A DNA stretch of 63,368 nt, the filler included. It is 4 parts of 4 records of this genome, joined end to end, with 100 filler letters (N's around TTAATTAATTAA, not from the genome) between each part and the next. Parts side by side here need not be neighbours in the genome. Positions count along the whole stretch, not along the records: positions 16,275 to 40,327 come from SRR22947725_1766; 3 more parts are not named here. One strand, 5' to 3'. Shown here in pieces: positions 19,667 to 28,684 of this stretch. The notes below the pieces were generated by a model. The model was not told the origin of the DNA. It did not search any database and was given only the letters and a program-made list of their open reading frames with translations. The position numbers and the translations under genes were made by a program. Each line of letters opens with the position of its first letter. Position 1 is the stretch's first letter.

Positions 19667-20283
19667 ACTCCTTCACCGAAGAACTTTTTAGGGAAAGTAA
19701 GATGGGATACGATCTACCCGATGCAGAAATTGAATATTTTCCTGAATTTTTCTCGCGGGAAAAGTCTCTCAATTTCCTTCCCCAATTACTTGATACTATT
19801 AAATGGAAGCAAAACACTATTAAGATGTATGGAAAGGAAAACCCGGTTCCCCGGTTGGAGGCCTGGTATGGTGACCCAGGCAAAAGCTATGCCTATTCCG
19901 GCATTCGCATGGAGCCTACTCCATGGACTGATGAACTGAGGGAAATTAAACGATCGATCGAGGCCGAAGTAGAGATCTCCTTTAATTCGGTCTTAATTAA
20001 TTATTACCGGGATGGTCAGGACCGGGTGGCGTGGCACAGTGATGATGAAAAAGAACTCGGAAAAAACCCGGTAATCGGCTCGGTCAGTTTTGGAGCGGAG
20101 CGCACGTTTAAACTGCGGCACAAGCGATACAAGGAGAATAACCTCAAGCAAAGCATTGTTCTTAAAAACGGTAGTTTTTTACTAATGAAAGGGGCGACTC
20201 AGCACCATTGGATGCATGAAATCCCTCGAACTGCCAAACCCATTGGGCCAAGAATTAATCTTACCTTCCGGGTAATTAAATAA
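19663..20283 (+). CDS. AlkB-family 2OG-Fe(II) dioxygenase (ALKBH2/3-like)
   Basis: PRLEAWYG, NYYRDGQD, WHSDDE, H.IP and RINLTFR motifs. Confidence 0.92.
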   Translation: MNSFTEELFRESKMGYDLPDAEIEYFPEFFSREKSLNFLPQLLDTIKWKQNTIKMYGKENPVPRLEAWYGDPGKSYAYSGIRMEPTPWTDELREIKRSIEAEVEISFNSVLINYYRDGQDRVAWHSDDEKELGKNPVIGSVSFGAERTFKLRHKRYKENNLKQSIVLKNGSFLLMKGATQHHWMHEIPRTAKPIGPRINLTFRVIK

Positions 20284-20394
20284 AGAATCCTCGCTCTTAT
20301 TTTATAGTGCTGAATAGTGGCATTTGCTTGCCGACTTAAAGGATTCGATTCAGCATATTGTGAACTTTAGTCCGTTCTGTAACGATTTATTATT

Positions 20395-20961
20395 GTGAAG
20401 CTTTTTCTCATATTCCTATCCATTCCTTTACTAACAGCCACTAGTCTATTGGCTTATGATTCTATGTATGAAAAAACACCTGTTGGAGAAATCAAAGTGC
20501 TCGAACTTCCAGCCCGCTTGGCATTGGAAGCCAAGTCCGGTAAGTCATACTTTGACGCAGATAACGGATTATTTCGAAAACTATTCCGTTTTATCTCATC
20601 CAATGATGTATCCATGACCACGCCGGTTGAAGCTGATATTAAACCTGGAAAAATGAGGTTTTTTGTCGGGAAAAAAGATATGAATAAAAATCTGCAGTCC
20701 AGTAGTTCTGTAAGGGTTACTAATATGCCTGCCCGTAAGGTCGTATCCATAGGCATCCGTGGAGGGTATTCGGAAAAGAGTTTCATTTCCAATCAGTCAA
20801 AATTGATGGAATGGTTTGCGAAGAATAATAAGTATGAACAAGATGGTCCTGCTTACGGGGTTTACTGGAATGGTCCATTTGTACCCGGTTTTTTGAAAAG
20901 GTCAGAAGTTCATATCCCCATTCGTACCCGAAAAAAAGATAATCTGGAAAAAACAAAATGA
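20395..20961 (+). CDS. SOUL heme-binding protein, secreted
   Basis: Signal peptide; FRKLFRFI, MTTPV and YWNGPFVPGFLKRSEV motifs. Confidence 0.82.
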   Translation: MKLFLIFLSIPLLTATSLLAYDSMYEKTPVGEIKVLELPARLALEAKSGKSYFDADNGLFRKLFRFISSNDVSMTTPVEADIKPGKMRFFVGKKDMNKNLQSSSSVRVTNMPARKVVSIGIRGGYSEKSFISNQSKLMEWFAKNNKYEQDGPAYGVYWNGPFVPGFLKRSEVHIPIRTRKKDNLEKTK

Positions 20962-20988
20962 ATTTACTTACTCAATCCACCTAAACTT

Positions 20989-21522
20989 ATGAAACTACTC
21001 ACACTTACACTCATGACTGCGATCAGCTCCTTACACGCTTCCAATTTATACGACCATAAACTCAAAACGATTGATGGGGAGGAAACTTCTTTATCGGAAC
21101 ACAAGGGAAAAGTGATCCTCATGGTCAATGTTGCCTCAAGGTGCGGTTTTACCCGCCAATACAAGGGACTTGAAGAACTGTACCAAAAATACAAGGAAAA
21201 GGGATTAGTAATCTGTGGATTTCCCTGCAATCAATTTGGCGGGCAGGAGCCAGGCTCTGAGTCCCAGATAAAAGAGTTCTGCTCAACCAAGTTTGGGGTC
21301 TCTTTTCCCATGTACTCCAAAATCGATGTCAACGGTCCAACCCGTCATCCACTGTACGAAGAAATTATTGGGGATAACGGTCCCCTCAAAGGAAAAATCA
21401 AATGGAACTTTGGAAAAATCCTCATCGGTAAGGATGGAAAACCGATCGACCGTTTTGGCAGCATGACCTCCCCAAGTTCCGGAAAGCTTATTAAAGCGAT
21501 TGAAAAATCGCTCGAAGGATAG
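20989..21522 (+). CDS. Cys-glutathione peroxidase with signal-like N-terminus
   Basis: NVASRCGFT, GFPCNQFGGQEPG and KWNFGK motifs. Confidence 0.93.
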   Translation: MKLLTLTLMTAISSLHASNLYDHKLKTIDGEETSLSEHKGKVILMVNVASRCGFTRQYKGLEELYQKYKEKGLVICGFPCNQFGGQEPGSESQIKEFCSTKFGVSFPMYSKIDVNGPTRHPLYEEIIGDNGPLKGKIKWNFGKILIGKDGKPIDRFGSMTSPSSGKLIKAIEKSLEG

Positions 21523-21544
21523 AATTCCAGAAAACTTTTTTCCA

Positions 21545-22864
21545 ATGCGTACTCACCTTTGTATTTCACTTTCTATATTCTTTTTCAACGGCTGTGTTAA
21601 TATGGAATGGCGTGGGGGCATGATTCCCCATGTCGGATTAAGCAAGGATGCTCCTACGAATCGTCAAAATATCGTAAATAATTCAGAGCCATTACGTGAA
21701 AGTGCAAGCCAGTGGAATCAATATCGCGGCCCCAACCGGGATGGGCACATTCCTCCCCAGGGCGTTGACATCAATTGGAAAGAAAAACCAAAAGCGTTAT
21801 GGAAGGTATCAGCAGGAGCAGGCCACTCATCGATTTTAATCGCTGAACAAACGGTTTTCACGCTCGAACAAGATGGAAACAGTGAGACTTTATTCGCTCG
21901 CCACCTTTCAAACGGAAAGAAAAAATGGAAAATAGCCCAGCAAACCAAGTGGAATGATATGATGAGTGGAACCGGTCCACGGTCTACCCCCACTCTACTG
22001 GACGGAAAACTCTACACTCTTTTTTCAAACGGAGTTCTTTGCCGAGTCAATGCCAAGACCGGAAAACTGGATTGGGAGACCAAGACCATTGATTCAGACT
22101 ACGAATTTCCAGAATGGGGAATTTCCTGCTCTCCGCTGATTTGGAACGAATTGATTATACTTAATTTGGGCGGGGAAAAAAGTGCGGTCCGGGCCTATTC
22201 CACCAAGGATGGAAAACTGGCTTGGGAGTCCGATTTACTCGGAAGCGGAGTCTACATTTCATCCAGTGTTCTTAGCTTGCTAGGCGAAGATCACTTACTT
22301 GCCGCGGTCGAAGGAAAAATTGCCGGACTTAATCCCAGAACTGGAAAAACATTGTGGGAAAAACCTTGGAAAATTTTTCTTAACAATGCCCAAATTGCCC
22401 AACCCATTGCCTTGTCAAAAAATTCCTTTCTTTTGGCCGCAGGTTATGGAAAAGGGGCTGAGTGTTGGAATATTTCAAAACGAGCGAATGGAAAATATCT
22501 TATTGAAACAAATTGGAAGTCCAAAAACCTGAAAGCTAAATTTTCAAATCCTGTACTGAAGAACGGCTATCTTTACGGGCTGAGTGAAAATCTTTTGGTT
22601 TGCCTGGAAGCCAAAACAGGGGAATTAAAATGGCGCGGTAACAAATACGGGTACGGCCGAATTCTCGTATCCAGGGAGAAATTGCTGGTTCTTGGTAACA
22701 CGGGTGTTCTTTCTATTGTGGAAGCAACCCCGGACCAATTTAAGGAAGTTTTTTCCGAACAACTCCTGAGCAATGTGCGTTGCTGGAATGGCCCTGCGTT
22801 AGCCAGTGGCTATCTTGTGGCAATGAACGGCGAAGAACTGGCCTGCTTTGACTGGGAGAAATAA
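21545..22864 (+). CDS. PQQ-like beta-propeller repeat (lipo)protein
   Basis: WNQYRGPNRDG and repeated ..TG...W motifs, typical of PVC bacteria. Confidence 0.82.
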   Translation: MRTHLCISLSIFFFNGCVNMEWRGGMIPHVGLSKDAPTNRQNIVNNSEPLRESASQWNQYRGPNRDGHIPPQGVDINWKEKPKALWKVSAGAGHSSILIAEQTVFTLEQDGNSETLFARHLSNGKKKWKIAQQTKWNDMMSGTGPRSTPTLLDGKLYTLFSNGVLCRVNAKTGKLDWETKTIDSDYEFPEWGISCSPLIWNELIILNLGGEKSAVRAYSTKDGKLAWESDLLGSGVYISSSVLSLLGEDHLLAAVEGKIAGLNPRTGKTLWEKPWKIFLNNAQIAQPIALSKNSFLLAAGYGKGAECWNISKRANGKYLIETNWKSKNLKAKFSNPVLKNGYLYGLSENLLVCLEAKTGELKWRGNKYGYGRILVSREKLLVLGNTGVLSIVEATPDQFKEVFSEQLLSNVRCWNGPALASGYLVAMNGEELACFDWEK

Positions 22865-22987
22865 TTACAACTTAGCAGAAAGTCTCCACCTGTAGCTCTT
22901 TCAAGCAATTACTTTATTGCTTATCATCTATAGCCAGCTCGTTTTGCTCGCGGTAATTGTAAAGATTTACTAGAAGTAGTAAAAAAA

Positions 22988-24232
22988 TCACATCTTCAGG
23001 ACTGGGATTTCGTCCCAGCTGGTGGTATATCGGGGCGTCCTCATTTCCCGACGCATGCTCCATTTTTGTTTCACCCCTTGAGAACCGAGGAAAGCACAGG
23101 CTTGTCCGTATTGAGAGGCCACCTCCTCCAATGCATCCACGAATTCCTTTCTTCTTGGATTACCATGCTCCTCAAAAAGAAGGCCTTGCTGTGCCCCTTT
23201 CGGGATCAGGTCGATCAGTAAAACACCTGCTTTCTTATAGGCATATCCCTTACGATAAATTGAACGGAGCAGGGACTTGGCATTTTTCACTACCCGGATC
23301 AAATCGTCGGTGGGTTCATCAAAAGCGAGCGTCCGGGCATTGGAATATTGTTCCTGGTCTTCGCGAAAACGATTGGTTTTTATAAAAACCTGCAGGGCGG
23401 AGGCAAGGGATCCTTCCGAGCGGATCTTACGGGTCGCTTTAACTGCGTAGTTCGCCACCGCCTCCTCTAATTCGGACAGGCTTTCAACCGGCCGGCCAAA
23501 GGAGCGGGAAGAACAGGTGTTTTTACGGGGCTGGGGAACCTGCTCCATTTCCAGGCAGGGAATTCCCGAGAGTTCCCGTTGAGTACGCTCCAGGGTGACT
23601 CCTCCAATGGATCGAATCATCGAAGAAGGAGCCCGGGCAAAGCGGAGGGCGTTAGTTAAGCCGACCCGTTGCAAACGAATACTCAACCTAGGTCCCACCC
23701 CCCAGATATCCTCGACCGGAATACCGCTGAGTACCTCATCCTGCCCGGCCGACACCTCAAAACAACCGGTCTTTTTTTTCTTAGCCAGACGGTTGGCTAA
23801 TTTTGCCAATGTCTTGGTGTTTCCAAGCCCAATTGAAATCGGTATACCCGTCCAACGGCCCACCGTTTTACGAATACGCTGACTCAAAAGCAGTGGGGAT
23901 TTAACTCCGCTCAGGTTTAAAAACGATTCATCAATCGAATAAACTTCCATATCCGGGGCAAACCGGGCCAGTACCGAAGTGACCCGTCTGGACATATCGC
24001 CATACAATTCATAATTCGATGAAAATACCGTCACTCCATTCCACTCGCAGAGTTTTTTAATTTGGTGATAAGGAGCGCCCATAGGAATACCGAGGGCTTT
24101 GGCCTCATTGGAACGGGCGACCGCACAGCCGTCATTATTGGAAAGTACAATTACCGGTCTATTTCGTAATGCGGGACGGAAGACGCGTTCGCAGGAAACA
24201 TAAAAATTATTACAATCCGCCAGAGCAATCAT
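22988..24232 (-). CDS. umuC: Y-family DNA polymerase V catalytic subunit
   Basis: DCNNFYVSCER, SNNDGC and YSIDE motifs; C-terminal W.MRRE.RTPRYTT.W. Confidence 0.95.
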   Translation of the reverse strand: MIALADCNNFYVSCERVFRPALRNRPVIVLSNNDGCAVARSNEAKALGIPMGAPYHQIKKLCEWNGVTVFSSNYELYGDMSRRVTSVLARFAPDMEVYSIDESFLNLSGVKSPLLLSQRIRKTVGRWTGIPISIGLGNTKTLAKLANRLAKKKKTGCFEVSAGQDEVLSGIPVEDIWGVGPRLSIRLQRVGLTNALRFARAPSSMIRSIGGVTLERTQRELSGIPCLEMEQVPQPRKNTCSSRSFGRPVESLSELEEAVANYAVKATRKIRSEGSLASALQVFIKTNRFREDQEQYSNARTLAFDEPTDDLIRVVKNAKSLLRSIYRKGYAYKKAGVLLIDLIPKGAQQGLLFEEHGNPRRKEFVDALEEVASQYGQACAFLGSQGVKQKWSMRREMRTPRYTTSWDEIPVLKM

Positions 24233-24744
24233 AAGGAATGAATCACACTAGTGACCACTCCCCATAAATGCGTATCATCTTCTTCCTTCAACAAAATCGG
24301 TTGGAATTTTGAATTTTCAGGCATGAGCCAGGATTGTCCCTTGTCCTTCCGAAAACGCTTCACGGTAAGCTCGCCATTCAATGCCACAATCACAACCTTG
24401 CCATCTTTTGCCTGGGCACTACGGTCCACCACCAGGAGATCTCCGTCATGAATCCCCGCACCGATCATCGATTCTCCATTTGCCCGCACGAAAAAAGTGG
24501 CACTGGGCTCCCGAATGAGGTGAGTATTTAAATCAAGTACTCCCTCCAAATAATCATCTGCAGGCGAGGGAAAACCCGCAGATACTCCACAGGCGTAAAG
24601 AGGCAACTGATTTTCCTTCTCTTTTACAAATCGTAAAATACGATCTACTTGGCTCACTGGTATACGAACCGGGCGAGTTTTCTCACCGTAATGGTTACTC
24701 CCTTTGGGACGACCTGCTCCTTCTCTTTTTCCACCTCTTGTCAT
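24229..24744 (-). CDS. umuD: UmuD with N-terminal extension (UmuDAb-like)
   Basis: AGFPSPA cleavage region, GESM (Ser) and TVKR (Lys) S24 peptidase; N-terminal RGGKREGAGRPKG...TRPVRIP; 4-nt overlap with umuC. Confidence 0.92.
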   Translation of the reverse strand: MTRGGKREGAGRPKGSNHYGEKTRPVRIPVSQVDRILRFVKEKENQLPLYACGVSAGFPSPADDYLEGVLDLNTHLIREPSATFFVRANGESMIGAGIHDGDLLVVDRSAQAKDGKVVIVALNGELTVKRFRKDKGQSWLMPENSKFQPILLKEEDDTHLWGVVTSVIHSL

Positions 24745-24748
24745 ACCT

Positions 24749-24771
24749 TTGAAATATGTTACATTTTTCAA
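24749..24771. promoter_or_regulatory. 23-bp palindromic operator upstream of umuD
   Basis: TTGAAATATGTTACATTTTTCAA is a near-perfect inverted repeat 4 bp from the umuD ATG. Confidence 0.7.
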
Positions 24772-24831
24772 AAAGGCAAGGGAGGATCTTAAAAATGTGA
24801 TCCTTATTTCTTTTCCATTCGATATACAAGT

Positions 24832-25548
24832 GTGGATTCATTAAGCAAATCAAATTCTTTTACTCACCTCGTTGTAGGTGGATCACGCGGGATCGGTCGA
24901 TCCCTGGTAGACCAATCCATACAAGCTGGTCAATCGCTCTCAGTTCTGTCTCGTACCCCTCCAGTGGAACAATCTTCTGGTTGTACTTGGATCACAGGAG
25001 ATGCTGCAAAACCGGAGGAGTTTACAGATCAGTTACCTGAAAAAATAAATGCTCTCACCTTTTGTCCAGGCAAGGTCATTTTAGGCCCGATCAGACGATT
25101 GAAAGCGGAGCAAATGCTTGAAGCCTACCAAACCAGTGTATTGGATGCATTTACATTGGTGCAGGCATTACTTCCCCGTCTCGATGGATCGGTTGTCTTT
25201 ATCTCCTCAGTCGCAGCCACTACTGGCTTGCCGAGCCATTGTGCTATTTCCGCAGCTAAATCGGGACTGGAAGGATTTGCTTTAGCTCTTTCTGCCGATT
25301 TAGCACCCAAGGTCCGAGTGAATGTGGTCGCACCAACCTTGACTCCAACCGAAATGGGTTTAGGAATGGTCGGCGGAGATAAAATGATTCCTTTAATAGA
25401 AAATAAACATCCTTTAAAAATAATTCCCGCAGTGGAGGAAATTGCCGGTACTATTTCTTTCCTGCATTCCGATGCCGCAAGGTCAATTACTGGACAGGTC
25501 CTCAAGGTAGATAGCGGACTGTCCAAGCTTCGTCTCAATGATCGCTGA
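24832..25548 (+). CDS. Atypical short-chain dehydrogenase/reductase
   Basis: GGSRGIG, VRVNVVAP and ITGQVL.VD.G motifs; catalytic YxxxK reads ISAAK; overlaps the photolyase start. Confidence 0.85.
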   Translation: MDSLSKSNSFTHLVVGGSRGIGRSLVDQSIQAGQSLSVLSRTPPVEQSSGCTWITGDAAKPEEFTDQLPEKINALTFCPGKVILGPIRRLKAEQMLEAYQTSVLDAFTLVQALLPRLDGSVVFISSVAATTGLPSHCAISAAKSGLEGFALALSADLAPKVRVNVVAPTLTPTEMGLGMVGGDKMIPLIENKHPLKIIPAVEEIAGTISFLHSDAARSITGQVLKVDSGLSKLRLNDR

Positions 25549-26995
25549 CCCATCCCCGCCCACTAGTGGACGGGCGATTGTTTGGTTTCGGAAAGATTTA
25601 CGCCTACAAGATAATCCCTGCCTCGAAGCCGCACTACAATCGGGCAAGGAAATCATTCCAGTTTACATTTGGAATCAAGAAGAAGGCGGACAATGGAGCC
25701 CGGGTGCTGCTGCTCGTTGGTGGCTTCACCACGCACTGGCAAGCCTAGGTAAAGATATTCAACACCTTGGCGGTTCTCTCCTCCTGCAAAAAGGATCGGC
25801 GGAGGAAATCCTACCCCGCTTAGCGGATGACTTGGGTGCGGAAACCCTCTATTTTGGAAGGACCTATGATCCCGCTGGCCTCGCTACTGAGAAAGCAGTG
25901 GAACTTGCATTTTCGAACCGGAATGCCACCGTTGAATCGTTTAACAGCAGCCTTCTGCAGGAACCTTGGGAAATCAAAAATGGATCGGGGCGACCCTTTC
26001 AAGTTTTCACCCCTTATTGGCGGAAATCCAGGGCCGGTATTTACAAGGAACCGCTTAATTATTCCCTGGATAGTCTACCTTTTCTTTCCCCGCAATCTCC
26101 CGGGCTGAGTATCGACGAGTTAGAATTACTGCCCGATCATAGCTGGCATTTAAAACTATCCGAACACTGGGATGTTTCCGAGGATGCTGCCCACAAGCTT
26201 ATCACGCGAACGGCAGATGTAATTACCCGTTCCTATGCCACTGCCCGAAACATTCCCTCGGTGGATGGAACATCTCGATTGTCTCCCTACCTTGCCTGGG
26301 GATTAGTCAGTCCAAGACAGATCTGCCAAGCCGTGTTAACCGCAGATAATGATTGTGGACATCGCGGTGAAAACAAGTACCTCGTCGAGATTGGCTGGCG
26401 TGAGTTTTCCTATCAATTACTCTATCATTTCCCACACATCCCGGACCAACCACTTCGGGAAAAATATTCCACCTTTCCTTGGCTCGATGATAACCAATCA
26501 TTACGGGCCTGGCAGTTTGGAAATACTGGATACCCGATGGTAGATGCGGGAATGAGACAACTTTATGAGACCGGATGGATGCACAATCGGGTACGCATGG
26601 TGGTCGCTTCATTCCTCGTAAAACACCTCCTTATTTCATGGCAGGAGGGAGCACGCTGGTTTTGGGATACACTCGTGGATGCCGATCTCGCAAGTAACAC
26701 GCAGGGCTGGCAATGGGCCGCGGGTTGCGGAGCGGATGCAGCTCCCTACTTCCGGATTTTCAACCCGATTACACAGGGAGAAAAATTTGACGGAAAAGGT
26801 GAATATGCCCGTAAATGGATCCCCAGCCTAAAGGAACTACCCGGAAAATGGGTATTTAAGCCCTGGGAAGCCCCGCCCGATCTCTTGCTGGTAAGCGATG
26901 TCTTTTTGGGCACTAACTACCCCCACCCCTGTGTGGATCATAAAGAAGGTCGGGCCCGGGCTCTTGCCGCACTCGCTTCAATCAAAGAATCGTAA
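25538..26995 (+). CDS. phr: CPD DNA photolyase (class III-like)
   Basis: WFRKDLRLQDNP, GAAARWWLHH, TSRLSPYL, GWMHNRVRM and GWQWAAGCGADAAPYFRIFNP motifs. Confidence 0.93.
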   Translation: MIADPSPPTSGRAIVWFRKDLRLQDNPCLEAALQSGKEIIPVYIWNQEEGGQWSPGAAARWWLHHALASLGKDIQHLGGSLLLQKGSAEEILPRLADDLGAETLYFGRTYDPAGLATEKAVELAFSNRNATVESFNSSLLQEPWEIKNGSGRPFQVFTPYWRKSRAGIYKEPLNYSLDSLPFLSPQSPGLSIDELELLPDHSWHLKLSEHWDVSEDAAHKLITRTADVITRSYATARNIPSVDGTSRLSPYLAWGLVSPRQICQAVLTADNDCGHRGENKYLVEIGWREFSYQLLYHFPHIPDQPLREKYSTFPWLDDNQSLRAWQFGNTGYPMVDAGMRQLYETGWMHNRVRMVVASFLVKHLLISWQEGARWFWDTLVDADLASNTQGWQWAAGCGADAAPYFRIFNPITQGEKFDGKGEYARKWIPSLKELPGKWVFKPWEAPPDLLLVSDVFLGTNYPHPCVDHKEGRARALAALASIKES

Positions 26996-27082
26996 CCTGA
27001 AAATGTTTCGGACGGAACTTTTTCAACCATCGAATTCCCGCACCATGGTATCGGCTTTATTTCTCCTCTCTACTCAGTACAA

Positions 27083-28648
27083 ATGAAAACCTCTATTGTT
27101 TGGTTCCGAAAATCTCTACGCCTGCATGACAACCCCGCCTTAATGGCCGCGTGCGAAAATGAACAGGTCGACTCTATTATACCACTCTACATCATTGACC
27201 CCGATATATTCGGTGGGAAATTTGAGAATTGGAGCCCCAACCGATTGCGGTTTTTAATCGAAAGTCTGTCTGATCTAGACAAACAACTTTCCACCCGATA
27301 CGGGAGTCAGTTAGTACTGATTGAAGGCAAAGCAGAGGATGTATTTGAAAACCTCGAAGGCCTGTTGGGGGAATCTTTTAATTCCCTCTATTGTGAATAT
27401 TCCTCCGATCCATGGGAACGAAAAAAATTCTCCGTGATCCAAAAAACACTCTCGGAAAAAAATCAAGCCATTCAGCTTCAATCCATTGATTCTTTTCACA
27501 CGATTTTGGATGTGGAAAAAGTAATTTCCTCACCCCATTTCCGAAACCCGAAATCAATGAAGGACATCGATCGGGTATTTGCTTCCCATTTTGATAAAAA
27601 CGAGTATGGCTTTTACAAAATCGACGACCCCATTCCTGAACCTGAAAAGAGTAAACCCTTTCCTCAGATTTCCGGGATCCAACCGTTATCAATTGAAGAC
27701 CTAACTGCTCAGATTTCCCGAGAGGTAAAAACAGATATCATGTCTGTAAAATCATATTTCCAGGGGGGAGAAACTGAGGCACTCTCCCGATTAAAAAAGA
27801 AAGTTTCAGGACAGGTTGAATATGTAAATACATTTAAAAAACCTAAAACCATGTCGACCAATACCACTGGTGAACCGATGGAACCCAGTACCACTGGACT
27901 GTCTCCGTATCTAAGTGTGGGTTGTTTATCAGTTCGTAAATTATGGAAGGAGTGTGAAAAATGCCAACTTCAGGGACCCCATTCACAACCTCCCGAATCC
28001 CTTCACGGCCAACTAATGTTCAGGGAGATGTTCTATCTTCTTTCTAGGACTGTGGATCATTGGGACCACGATCAATCCAATGAGATGTGTAAAGAGATAG
28101 AATGGGGGGAGTACGATCAGGAAAAAATGGAGGCCTGGGAAAAAGGACAAACCGGCTTTCCTTTAATCGATGCGATGATGAGACAACTCGAGGCCACCGG
28201 TTGGATGCACCACCTTGCCAGGCATGCAGTTTCGTGCTTTCTGACCCGTGGACAACTTTGGCAAAACTGGAAATACGGAAGGGATGTATTTGACCGAAAA
28301 CTTCTGGACAGCGACTGGGCATTAAACAATGGAAATTGGTTATGGCTATCTGGGGTTGCCCCTTTTTCTATGCCCTATTTCAGGCTCTATAATCCCTGCC
28401 CAGATGCGAAATCAAGCCTCAATGTGGAAGCACAGACCGCTGAGTTCATTAAATTCTGGGTCCCGGAACTGAAGGATTTCCCTCCCCGGTATATCTATGA
28501 ACCACACTTAGCATCTGAATCAATCCAATCCGATTCCAACTGTATTATAGGCAAGGATTATCCAAGCCCGATCGTGGATAGAAAAGAGAGTGCCAAGGAA
28601 AACCTTGCCAAATTTAAAAATAGTCTCTCCCGCTTAAAATCGGCCTAA
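27083..28648 (+). CDS. Eukaryote-type (6-4) photolyase / animal-like cryptochrome
   Basis: WFRKSLRLHDNPAL, STTGLSPYL, PPESLHGQL, GWMHHLARHAVSCFLTRG and DSDWALNNGNWLWLS motifs. Confidence 0.88.
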   Translation: MKTSIVWFRKSLRLHDNPALMAACENEQVDSIIPLYIIDPDIFGGKFENWSPNRLRFLIESLSDLDKQLSTRYGSQLVLIEGKAEDVFENLEGLLGESFNSLYCEYSSDPWERKKFSVIQKTLSEKNQAIQLQSIDSFHTILDVEKVISSPHFRNPKSMKDIDRVFASHFDKNEYGFYKIDDPIPEPEKSKPFPQISGIQPLSIEDLTAQISREVKTDIMSVKSYFQGGETEALSRLKKKVSGQVEYVNTFKKPKTMSTNTTGEPMEPSTTGLSPYLSVGCLSVRKLWKECEKCQLQGPHSQPPESLHGQLMFREMFYLLSRTVDHWDHDQSNEMCKEIEWGEYDQEKMEAWEKGQTGFPLIDAMMRQLEATGWMHHLARHAVSCFLTRGQLWQNWKYGRDVFDRKLLDSDWALNNGNWLWLSGVAPFSMPYFRLYNPCPDAKSSLNVEAQTAEFIKFWVPELKDFPPRYIYEPHLASESIQSDSNCIIGKDYPSPIVDRKESAKENLAKFKNSLSRLKSA

Positions 28649-28684
28649 GAATAGACCCCAAAAATTGCCTTTACTGATTTCTTT

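Noticed and set aside
21121-21150. Selenocysteine in the glutathione peroxidase
   Set aside because: The active-site codon is TGC (Cys), not TGA.
21545-22864. PQQ-dependent dehydrogenase or BamB call for the propeller proteins (also 39009-40256)
   Set aside because: Only generic propeller repeats are seen; this family is highly expanded in PVC bacteria and no catalytic motifs were recognised.
26998-27026. TGAAAATGT-N9-AACTTTTTCAA between the two photolyases as a third operator
   Set aside because: The arms resemble the umuD box but the spacing is different; it could equally be an RNA hairpin, so it is not supportable.
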